DNA from: a virus
Virus genome (UHGV): UHGV-0312038
Length of the DNA: 63,686 bases
Reading direction: 5' to 3' (one strand)
Positions within the stretch are counted from its first letter, which is position 1. Each line of letters opens with the position of its first letter. A model generated the notes under the pieces. That model worked only from the letters and a program-made list of their open reading frames with translations, was not told the DNA's origin and did not search any database. The translations under genes and the position numbers were made by a program. Of this stretch, positions 40,651-48,117 are shown piece after piece.

Positions 40651-41445
40651 TTAGAATGCTATTATTTTTGTTGCGTATGCGGCCATGGGATGGCCGTATT
40701 TTCTCAGGCTGCGCAGAAGCGAGTACAGCGCCAGTACGTAATTACAGTTTGCAAATGTAGTGCTTCTGATAATGTCCCGAAGATCCACCACCGTAAGAGA
40801 CAGACCCTCACGACCCACAGTAGTAATGCGGGCCAGCGAGTCACGGTTATTACGGAATGGAACTGTACAGGAATACTCTGGGAACACCCTGTACAGATGC
40901 TCCAAGTCCCGCAGGCTCATTTGTCCATAACCGTACCCGTACAGCAGATGCATAGCCATGAACCAGTTGTACCGGGACGTATCTTCCATAGCGTCCTTAT
41001 TAATACTCATTGGCAAACTGAGCATGACCATCATCTCAGCGACACGGACAAGCCCCTGCTCGCTGGTCACAGCTGAATGATAACGGGCCCTCAGATACTG
41101 GAGCAGGGCAATACCCCGTACCTTCGCAATGCCCTTGTCATTACGGAGATAGGATGTGAACCTGTCTGCCATCTCACGGGTTAATCTGCCAGCCGTTACA
41201 GGCCTGAACCTGTCAGACCCGACCGGGCTCTTAAGCCAGTCGAGCATACTCCTAAGAACGGTAAGCGGATACTTCGCATGATACCTATCAAAGATGAGTT
41301 CAAAGAATGCAGCAGGGAGAAGACAGCGGTCTTTGAACATAAAGTTCAAAGCCCATGCAAACGCAATCCTCTTGTACCTGCTCCCGGTTTTCCCCCTGTT
41401 GCACACGAGCCAGTGAACAGGGAAATGTTCAGAATCAGTAATCAT
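40651..41445 (-). CDS. hypothetical protein, paralog B of a tandem pair
   Basis: 264 aa. Shares AWALNF, IALLQY, SRYNWFMA and LYSLLR.L.K..PMA.YA.K motifs with the upstream gene. Confidence 0.5.
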   Translation of the reverse strand: MITDSEHFPVHWLVCNRGKTGSRYKRIAFAWALNFMFKDRCLLPAAFFELIFDRYHAKYPLTVLRSMLDWLKSPVGSDRFRPVTAGRLTREMADRFTSYLRNDKGIAKVRGIALLQYLRARYHSAVTSEQGLVRVAEMMVMLSLPMSINKDAMEDTSRYNWFMAMHLLYGYGYGQMSLRDLEHLYRVFPEYSCTVPFRNNRDSLARITTVGREGLSLTVVDLRDIIRSTTFANCNYVLALYSLLRSLRKYGHPMAAYATKIIAF

Positions 41446-42218
41446 CTCACCATCGCTTTAATGGCATAAAATGCCATTGGGTTGTCTGTTTTGTATAACG
41501 CCCGCAGCAGAGAGTACAAAGGCAGGGCCCTGTCCGCATCTGTACGGGTCATGATAAGCATAGCCTCCTGTACATCAGCGGTGCTCATGCCAAGCGCCTG
41601 ATAGCCAGACACAATCAGCTTACTGACCTTTTGATAATTGGCACGTACAATGTCCAGCTCCCTCCACTTCCGAGGCAGAAGAGCATACCGCCGTTCCAAA
41701 TCCCTAAGGTTCAGCGGCCTTGTCTCATCCGCATACAGAAGCTGTAAGGCCATGAACCAGTTGTACCGGGACACGTCCTGTACAGCAGACGACACGTTGT
41801 CAGTATTGTAGTTGTTATCAAACCGTACAAGCAGGTCAGCCAGAACAGCCCTCCTGTCCGCGGAGATAATTGAGACGTGAACCCGATACCGGAAGTACTG
41901 AAGTAGGGCAATCTCCATACCGGAAGCGATGCCTGTACAGTTGAAATAGACACTGGTTATCTCCGCTTTCTCTCGGGTTAAATCATTATCCAGTACAGAC
42001 GCAAACGCGCCCGCCCCTTCCGGGCGGCCAAGCCACTCCTTAACCGCCTGTACCCGCTCACTTGGATACGTATATCTGTACCCCATTGGGTCGGGGTACA
42101 GCCTGTAGCCACTGAACAAAAAGTTCAGCGCCCATGCGTTGGCTATACCCCTGTAGAATACCACGTCCGTTTCTCCACGATGAATGAGTTCGTGGATTGG
42201 GTACTGGCTTACTCCCAT
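41442..42218 (-). CDS. hypothetical protein, paralog A of a tandem pair
   Basis: 258 aa. 4-nt overlap with the downstream paralog. Confidence 0.5.
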   Translation of the reverse strand: MGVSQYPIHELIHRGETDVVFYRGIANAWALNFLFSGYRLYPDPMGYRYTYPSERVQAVKEWLGRPEGAGAFASVLDNDLTREKAEITSVYFNCTGIASGMEIALLQYFRYRVHVSIISADRRAVLADLLVRFDNNYNTDNVSSAVQDVSRYNWFMALQLLYADETRPLNLRDLERRYALLPRKWRELDIVRANYQKVSKLIVSGYQALGMSTADVQEAMLIMTRTDADRALPLYSLLRALYKTDNPMAFYAIKAMVR

Positions 42219-42574
42219 ATCGTGTACCTCGTCTTAGAGATGGAGGACGCTGTGGCCGTGATAGATACACGGTCTAAACAGCGTTTTAATATTCGTATGC
42301 TTATCCATTCTGGCGGATAGCCCAGGTCTACCGCCTGCGTTTCTATTGTACAATCGCGGAAGGTCGTGCTCCTCCATGTAGTACAGCCCCTGTGGGGTGA
42401 TACCTACAGTGGCGCCGCTGACTATCAGCGCGCCAGCCTGACCCGTATCCTGTACGACACGGGCCCCAAGCACAACGACTCATAGAACCCAAGATTGCAG
42501 GGCGTTATATACAGCTCCGTAATCTCGGGACAGTGTTTAATTAACATCCTGTTTAATCGCGCATCTTACACCTC

Positions 42575-42901
42575 CTAATTCACAGTGAACGCCGCGCACC
42601 CAAGAATGGTTCGCCTGTCCGCCGAGCGTACCGTCCATGTCGGCACCAGCAGGTCATGCCGGTCGGGGCATGCCTCCTGTACCGCACGGGACACGACGTA
42701 ATACGTGCCAGCCCTAGGCTTAGGCAGGTCCTGTACAGTACCTGCCTTAAGGATGACCAGCGGGATGCCGTCAACTTCTCCGGCAGCTGTCTCCTGCTGA
42801 TACACCCGGGCCACGATGCCGGATACCGGTATAGTACGGACTACTCTGCCGGTCATGTTATCTATGATGTTTATGTCATGGGGTGTGAGATTAACGAGCA
42901 T
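42575..42901 (-). CDS. hypothetical protein
   Basis: 108 aa with ribosome-binding site. Confidence 0.4.
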   Translation of the reverse strand: MLVNLTPHDINIIDNMTGRVVRTIPVSGIVARVYQQETAAGEVDGIPLVILKAGTVQDLPKPRAGTYYVVSRAVQEACPDRHDLLVPTWTVRSADRRTILGCAAFTVN

Positions 42902-42943
42902 AATTGTCTCCTTTCGATTCGTGTTGATTCGTAGTTACTAAAG

Positions 42944-43189
42944 TTAAACCCGGCACGTTGGGATGCGGTCGCTCATGTGCTTCTTCCCAACAAGCCGGAA
43001 GTTGACGGGACTCGCCGGCCCCCAGTCACGTGACACAGCCACATATACGTAGTTTGCGAGCTTGTTGACATGGCGGGAAAGGAACCGGATAAGCCTACGA
43101 CGGTTGTATACTCTATCGAGCACCGCCACGGCGAACTCATCAGGGCATCCATAGATAATGACAGTATACATTCTTCCTCCTTGATTCAT
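42944..43189 (-). CDS. hypothetical protein
   Basis: 81 aa. Confidence 0.35.
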   Translation of the reverse strand: MNQGGRMYTVIIYGCPDEFAVAVLDRVYNRRRLIRFLSRHVNKLANYVYVAVSRDWGPASPVNFRLVGKKHMSDRIPTCRV

Positions 43190-43298
43190 GTTGATTGGGA
43201 AGCGCGCCCCTTACACCGGGCCTATGGGTTATACCGCTGTATGCAGGACAGGGGCGCAGACCCTGACATACATCACTCGGTCCGGTATGGAAATCTTA

Positions 43299-43739
43299 TT
43301 AATGGTTCTCTCCGTCCACTTCCTTCCAGTCACGAAACGTGTTCTGAATATCATAGGCGTAGTACGCCGAAAACCTGTGAGCTAATGACTCCGGAGTGTC
43401 AGCCCCCTCAGCCGTGAGCGGAGCTGACTCCCAAGTCCATGGCATGCACCATGGCAAGCCGCCGGACAGATCGTCTTCCTGTACATATTCTTCCGGAGCC
43501 GAATCGGCAAACGCCGCGATGAAACGCATGACGTCCGCATCTGTATACATAATATCGAAGAAGTGGGCGTAAGGTAAAGCGTCCGCGCCTTTGCGGACAC
43601 GGCGTAAGATGGTCTTTACCGTGTCTTCCCTAACCACGGCGCAATGCCCGAGAATCTCAGGCATAACAAATGCCTTCTTGGAAAACGCCGCCTTGCGGAG
43701 AGCGTTAAGAATATCAAACGTGCGGGGATTAATGTGCAT
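43299..43739 (-). CDS. first gene of the leftward early operon; possible winged-helix regulator
   Basis: 146 aa. AGGAGG ribosome-binding site. Lies immediately downstream of operator-like direct repeats. Confidence 0.45.
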   Translation of the reverse strand: MHINPRTFDILNALRKAAFSKKAFVMPEILGHCAVVREDTVKTILRRVRKGADALPYAHFFDIMYTDADVMRFIAAFADSAPEEYVQEDDLSGGLPWCMPWTWESAPLTAEGADTPESLAHRFSAYYAYDIQNTFRDWKEVDGENH

Positions 43740-43751
43740 AATTTCCTCCTG

Positions 43752-43825
43752 TATTTTTGTTTGGGAAAAATCCTATATTTTTGTTTAGGAAAAATCGACT
43801 ATTTTTCCCTGCGGAAAAAGAGGGA
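43752..43825. promoter_or_regulatory. operator/promoter-like direct repeats upstream of the leftward operon
   Basis: Two 22-bp direct repeats (tatttttgtttgggaaaaatcc / tatttttgtttaggaaaaatcg) plus a degenerate third. Each has ATTTTT...GAAAAAT dyad symmetry. Confidence 0.4.
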
Positions 43826-43842
43826 AATATGTGTGGACTGTC

Positions 43843-44020
43843 CTGTACTGGACACTGGACGGGACAGCTCGGGGCAGTGGACAGTGGACAGAGGGACTGT
43901 CCAATAGTGGACAACGGGACACTGGACGGGCCATCCTGTACTGGACAGAAGCGGCTCGGGACAGTGGACACGGCGGCTGGACAGTGGACGGGACAGAGTG
44001 GACAGAAGTACTGTCCCTAC
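43843..44020. repeat. iteron-like array of about 20 copies of (G)TGGACAG
   Basis: For example ggcagtggacagtggacagagggactgtcc... The same 8-mer recurs through 44040-44160. Confidence 0.7.
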
Positions 44021-44169
44021 TCTAGAATACTAAGAGTAACTCTTGCCTCTTTTTAGTGGACAGAAGAAGTCCAATAATTTCAAGGGGTTACAAGCTCTCT
44101 GTCCAGCCCTGTCGTGGATTGCCAATTAAATCAGCGGGTTACGCGAACGGGTGGACAGAGCTCCGGAAA

Positions 44170-44280
44170 ACACACATATATATTTATATAATATATTTAT
44201 ATGTTTTCCCCCTCCTCCTGACCCCTCTATATTATATATATATTTTTTTTACTGTCCAAATAAAATAAATATATAGTAAT
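44170..44280. repeat. AT-rich tract, candidate DNA-unwinding element
   Basis: cacacatatatatttatataatatatttatatg ... ctctatattatatatatatttttttt. Confidence 0.5.
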
Positions 44281-44400
44281 TAGAGGGAAAAAAGTACAGG
44301 ATTTCAGCCACTTAGAAAATCACTGAATTTTTCCCAAGTGGCAATACTGGACAGAGTCGAAAAGAGTAAGTGATAACCCCTTGATTTCATTGAACTTTTT

Positions 44401-44476
44401 TTGTCCAAGGTGGACAGACTTCTGTCCACTCTGTCCACTTGCTCTGTCCACCCGCTGTCCACCCATTGTCCAGCGC
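44401..44476. repeat. five tandem CTGTCCAC iterons in inverted orientation relative to the left array
   Basis: ttctgtccactctgtccacttgctctgtccacccgctgtccacccattgtcc, with roughly 10-11 bp spacing. Confidence 0.7.
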
Positions 44477-44640
44477 AAAAATAAATACAGTATTTATTTT
44501 TCGGGCGTGAAAAATACCAGAATTAATTTTGCCACCCAGAAAAAATACCGTATTTATTTTCAGGCTGGAAAAATACGCCAATTAAAAATATCAGAATTAA
44601 TCCCGCCACCCGAAAAATACCTGATTTATTTGGACAGTTC
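44471..44640. repeat. alternating palindromic (AAATAC-N-GTATTT) and roughly 28-bp direct repeats
   Basis: aaataaatacagtatttattt; aaaaataccgtatttatttt; and two copies of aaaaatayCagaattaatyyygccaccc. Confidence 0.55.
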
Positions 44641-44774
44641 CGGTACAGAGATGCACCGGAACTGTCCCGCCCGTTTTGGCAGTCGGGCAAATGATGAATT
44701 TGCCGGTGCACTCATCCCAGTTACTGGCACACATGTGGACACGTGTATGCCTTTAGATTAAGAGCTAATTAAAT

Positions 44775-44796
44775 GGATAGGGTATATACCCTATCC
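44775..44796. promoter_or_regulatory. perfect 22-bp palindrome GGATAGGGTATATACCCTATCC
   Basis: Seen directly. The half-site AGGGTAT/ATACCCT recurs at 45632-45647. Confidence 0.4.
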
Positions 44797-44820
44797 ATTA
44801 CTAGACCACTAATAAATGGG

Positions 44821-44838
44821 TTGGGGATTTCTCCCCAA
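44821..44838 (-). terminator. hairpin (ttgggga-ttt-ctccccaa) downstream of the minus-strand gene 44847..45347
   Basis: 7-bp stem followed on the minus strand by cccatttatt. Confidence 0.35.
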
Positions 44839-44846
44839 CTCATTCC

Positions 44847-45347
44847 CTACTTCATAAGCTCGGAGAGCTTACGGAGGAAGACCGATTGGTCTTCACTTGA
44901 GAGCCTTGCATAGGCTTTCAGAAGAGCTTCTACCTTATTTAAGTTTTTCGCTACGTAGACGAAAATTTCATCCAGCAGCTTGACACGATTCATAAGGTCT
45001 TTCTTCTCGGGTGCCGACGCCTTAAGCTCTTTATCGGTGCGGTGCTCTACATAGTGGAGCATCTTTCCTTTTTTGACTTCCGACTTCTTCTCACCGAAAA
45101 GAAGGAAGGTGAGCTTCTTACGGGATTCGGCAGCTATCTTACCGCCGATAAGGCGGTAAGCTACGCACAGGTCTTCGATATCTTCGACCGAGCCGCGGTT
45201 TGCGATCCGATTGAAGGCCTTGACTTCCGCACGGGTAAAGACACGGGCAAGACCGGCCTGGACCCTTGTGGCGGCGAAAATTTCCGCACCAAACTCCCTG
45301 TTGTGAAATTTCTTTACGAAAGTAGCACGATTTTCAGACTTAGCCAT
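44847..45347 (-). CDS. hypothetical protein sitting between the two repeat-rich non-coding regions (possible regulator)
   Basis: 166 aa, K/E-rich. Confidence 0.45.
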   Translation of the reverse strand: MAKSENRATFVKKFHNREFGAEIFAATRVQAGLARVFTRAEVKAFNRIANRGSVEDIEDLCVAYRLIGGKIAAESRKKLTFLLFGEKKSEVKKGKMLHYVEHRTDKELKASAPEKKDLMNRVKLLDEIFVYVAKNLNKVEALLKAYARLSSEDQSVFLRKLSELMK

Positions 45348-45399
45348 TTTATACTCCTATCTGATCTTTACTTGTTTTTTGTTTTTGCTGTTCTCGGCT

Positions 45400-45870
45400 A
45401 GTTCCCTGCATGTCATAGTGCATCCGTACCGGTAGAGGCTATCGTCTTGTATAGGGGGACATGGGAGTAGTCCTGCCGTGCCTCCTCCGCGGGACGGAGG
45501 GCAAGGGACGGCTAGGGTCTCATATCATATGCAAGAAACCGGAGCCACGGTGATTTTGCGCGCAGTACCGCCTGGGTACCTGCGGGCTTATCGGGTGTCC
45601 GTGTACTCTGATAGCATACAGGCCGTGATACCCTAGAGGGTATGCAGGTCCGTAGTCATACTCATGTACTGCACGGCATGCCATCAGCACGTAGTAGCCT
45701 GCCATCGGCCACCTATGCTGTACCGGCACAGTACGTCCTTCTATCCCTATGGAGCGGGGCGCTTTCACCCGCAGCTCAGCTTATCGCACATCAGTGCCTA
45801 TCCCAGGCACGGGCGATCACCGTATGATAGTGAGCTTATGCACTTGAGGGGACTACCCCTCTGTCTGTAC
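45400..45870 (+). ncRNA. candidate structured non-coding RNA (GC-rich, ORF-free, many palindromes)
   Basis: About 470 nt with no convincing ORF in any frame and dense local inverted repeats. An intrinsic terminator follows on the plus strand. Confidence 0.25.
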
Positions 45871-45871
45871 T

Positions 45872-45916
45872 GACAGTATAGCGCTTTTCGCTTTATACTG
45901 TCAACGACTTTTTTTT
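45872..45916 (+). terminator. hairpin plus T8, intrinsic-terminator-like
   Basis: gacagtatagcg-cttt-tcgctttatactgtc stem, then aacgac and TTTTTTTT. Confidence 0.45.
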
Positions 45917-46010
45917 ACTTTTTACCTCCGGTGTACTGTCTTAGTGGGTGGGGGCTTATCCCCCGTCTTTCGATAGATACTTTATACGCCCATCCATGGG
46001 GTAGGTCAAG

Positions 46011-46050
46011 GACTTTTTTGACTTTTTTCTACTTTTTTCTACTTTTTTCA
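46011..46050. repeat. four tandem roughly 10-bp T-tract repeats (ACTTTTTTCT); predicted intrinsically bent DNA
   Basis: gacttttttg acttttttct acttttttct acttttttca. Confidence 0.6.
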
Positions 46051-46105
46051 CGGTGGCGGGTGGCGGGCGGTGGCGGGCGGTGGCAGGCAGGGCGGGCGGT
46101 GGCAT
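46051..46105. repeat. G-rich roughly 10-bp tandem repeats (GGTGGCGGGC); possible G-quadruplex motif
   Basis: cggtggcgggtggcgggcggtggcgggcggtggcaggcagggcgggcggtgg. Confidence 0.6.
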
Positions 46106-46270
46106 CAGCTTATCTATATATCCACATATTCATATATCTGCATATGTGCATATGTGCATATCGATATATCTGCATATTCACATATTCATCTATTTAAATA
46201 TAAGCATATCCACATATCTGCATATCAGCATATCCACATATCCACATATCCACATATCTGCATATCAAGA
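46106..46270. repeat. about 20 copies of an 8-bp repeat (yyrCATAT), including several DnaA-box-like TATCCACA(T) units
   Basis: catatccacatatccacatatccacatatctgcatat etc. ATATCCACA matches the TTATCCACA consensus at 8 of 9 positions. Confidence 0.6.
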
Positions 46271-46449
46271 TAGCCTTATATAGGGCGGGGCCTTTGGACG
46301 GCCGGCTCGCTTCGCTCGCTAGAGTAGACCTTATATATGTGCGGACACATCTCGGTCCCCCCACCCATATTGGACAGGCCCCCCATATTTATCCAGAAAA
46401 GTCTTGACTAATTTTTTACTATGCTGCACAGTTTCAACAACATTTCCAA

Positions 46450-46704
46450 ATGGAGGAGTACAGGATGCAGAAACGTATTGCCATATCTAAGATTACTGAT
46501 GACCCTGACCTGTTCAGGCGTATTTACAACTTCTGCCTTGGAGGTTACGTGGTTCTTATCCGCGGCTTTGGAACGTTCCGTCTGAAGCGCAAAGCGTCCC
46601 GTATGGGCCGCAACCCCCGTACTGGTGCCAAGTACAGGATTCCGGAGCGTGGGATTCTCGTGTTCAAAGCCTCCCCGAGTATCCGTCTTGAATACGACAA
46701 ATAA
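46450..46704 (+). CDS. hup: HU/IHF-family DNA-binding protein
   Basis: GFGTFRLKRKASRMGRNPRTGAKYRIPERGILVFKAS matches the HU beta-arm signature. 84 aa. Confidence 0.8.
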   Translation: MEEYRMQKRIAISKITDDPDLFRRIYNFCLGGYVVLIRGFGTFRLKRKASRMGRNPRTGAKYRIPERGILVFKASPSIRLEYDK

Positions 46705-46721
46705 TATTCCGGGGGTTCATT

Positions 46722-46961
46722 ATGAAATCGAAAAGTAGCTACTACAGATATTATTATGATGAAGAGTGGGAAGGACAGGAAGGCAGGAAGCGGTTCCGCC
46801 ACAACGGCAGTTCCGTTTACAGTCGCAAATGCCATGACTGCGGAAAGCCGACCAACGACTACCGGTGTCCGAAATGCTGGGCCCGTATCCGCGGTGATTC
46901 TGTGAGTTCCTATTCTGATGTGGACACAGAACCCTACACAGTCTCGCTCTTTAGCCATTAG
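46722..46961 (+). CDS. zinc-ribbon protein
   Basis: CHDCGKPTNDYRCPKCW (CxxC-N8-CxxC). 79 aa. Confidence 0.45.
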   Translation: MKSKSSYYRYYYDEEWEGQEGRKRFRHNGSSVYSRKCHDCGKPTNDYRCPKCWARIRGDSVSSYSDVDTEPYTVSLFSH

Positions 46962-46971
46962 GAGCTTTATA

Positions 46972-47253
46972 ATGACCAGAGCCGAATGTCTCCATACAGC
47001 AGAGGAAATTGTTACGAAAGACCGCAACAGCCAGTACGGGGAACCAGAGGATTGTTTCGCCCTGATTGCGAAACTCTGGACAGCCTATACCGCAGTGAAT
47101 CTGAGCTCTGCCGATGTTGCCGCTATGATGATTATGTTGAAAGTGGCAAGGGTCAGGAACGGTAAGGCGAAAGATGATTCATGGGTTGATATGGCGGGAT
47201 ACGCCGCCTGCGGAGCGGAGTGCGCCGCTTGGGATTCAGGCGAGGAGGGTTAA
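46972..47253 (+). CDS. conserved phage hypothetical protein
   Basis: Internal ATG with AGGAG ribosome-binding site in the listed ORF 46918..47253. 93 aa. Confidence 0.45.
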   Translation: MTRAECLHTAEEIVTKDRNSQYGEPEDCFALIAKLWTAYTAVNLSSADVAAMMIMLKVARVRNGKAKDDSWVDMAGYAACGAECAAWDSGEEG

Positions 47254-47255
47254 GA

Positions 47256-47548
47256 TGGATAGCCGTATAATAATCAATATTACTGACGAGGATAAGCAGG
47301 AAAGTCTGACTGATGATGGGAGGGTTCTTTTCGCTCTCATAAGTCGCATTGCCAAGGCACAGGAAAAGCACCCTGTTTTCGCCGACGGGATGTATCAGGG
47401 AGTCGGTGTTCTTGGTGAGGAGTACGGGGAACTGTGTCAGGCGCTCAATAAAGGCGAGGGGGAGGAGCGTGTCATGGATGAAGCGCTTGACCTCTTGTGC
47501 GTGGCATGGCGTTTCTGCCGTATGGACTGGAAGAAGAAAGGGGAGTGA
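47256..47548 (+). CDS. MazG-like nucleotide pyrophosphohydrolase (small)
   Basis: LGEEYGELCQALNKGEGEERVMDEALDLL fits the EExGE...E..D MazG core. ATG with GGAGGG ribosome-binding site. Confidence 0.5.
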
Positions 47549-47688
47549 CTTTTTTAAGTACAGGGGGCAGGAACCATGCGCGTGTCTGACATACTTGATA
47601 TTCTCTTCTTTATTCTGAGACAGCTTGGGCTCTGCTTCTTCTACACCCTCTTTATTCTCATATGTGCTTTTAGCGGCTGGAGATAGCC

Positions 47689-47907
47689 ATGCACTCCTGT
47701 CCGTACTGCGGGTGCCCCGGGGTTTATCTGGCGGATACTGACGGGGGCGGGCGGACTGTCGCCTGCCCCGCCTGCGGTATGTCAGGCCCTGAGAGTGTTG
47801 ATGGTGATGATACAGAAGCCGAGCGCGGCTGGGAGACGCTGTGCCGGAAGATGTGCCGTCACTGCAACATTCATCTTCTTTCTATTATACGGAAGAAAGT
47901 ATTGTAG
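47689..47907 (+). CDS. Lar-like restriction-alleviation zinc-ribbon protein (putative)
   Basis: MHSCPYCGCPGVYL...VACPACGMSGP...AERGWE resembles the Lar family (CPFCG...C..CG....ea...WN). Confidence 0.4.
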   Translation: MHSCPYCGCPGVYLADTDGGGRTVACPACGMSGPESVDGDDTEAERGWETLCRKMCRHCNIHLLSIIRKKVL

Positions 47908-47909
47908 CT

Positions 47910-48056
47910 ATGGAAACATTTAAGAGCGTACTCATGCGTAAGATAGCGCAGCTGCCGTCTGACGATTTCATTATGGCATGCGTTGTCACTATTATATTTT
48001 TACTCACAGTGGTTTTAGTGCTATTGTTCTCGGTACTGGCATGGCTGGCAAAATAA
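47910..48056 (+). CDS. small transmembrane protein
   Basis: 48 aa. ACVVTIIFLLTVVLVLLFSVLAWL. Confidence 0.3.
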   Translation: METFKSVLMRKIAQLPSDDFIMACVVTIIFLLTVVLVLLFSVLAWLAK

Positions 48057-48117
48057 TGCTCTGGCTGACAATGGTCCTGATTTGCGGCCTGTGGTATATC
48101 TGTATTCTGGAGATTAT

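Noticed and set aside
42234-42473. 79-aa minus-strand ORF in the 42219-42574 gap
   Set aside because: GTG start without a ribosome-binding site. A 3-codon mini-ORF with a strong ribosome-binding site (AGGAGGT-ATG CGC GAT TAA) sits just upstream instead. Kept only as a weak possibility.
44847-45347. Considered a KilA-N/Bro-N or antirepressor call for the 166-aa protein
   Set aside because: The N-terminus does not match the KilA-N/Bro-N consensus by eye. Left as hypothetical.
45520-45873. Three short ORFs (82, 61 and 69 aa) within the GC-rich structured region
   Set aside because: Mutually overlapping. No ribosome-binding sites. Compositionally biased (His/Pro/Arg). Better explained as a non-coding structured segment.
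46053-46283. ORFs of 76 and 67 aa across the G-rich and 8-bp repeat arrays
   Set aside because: The translations are periodic (HIHISAY...). This is an artefact of tandem repeats.
43740-46450. Possibility of a CRISPR array or tRNA in the repeat-dense hub
   Set aside because: The repeats are short (8-10 bp) iterons with no spacer-sized unique intervals. No tRNA-like T-loop or acceptor patterns were seen anywhere in the window.
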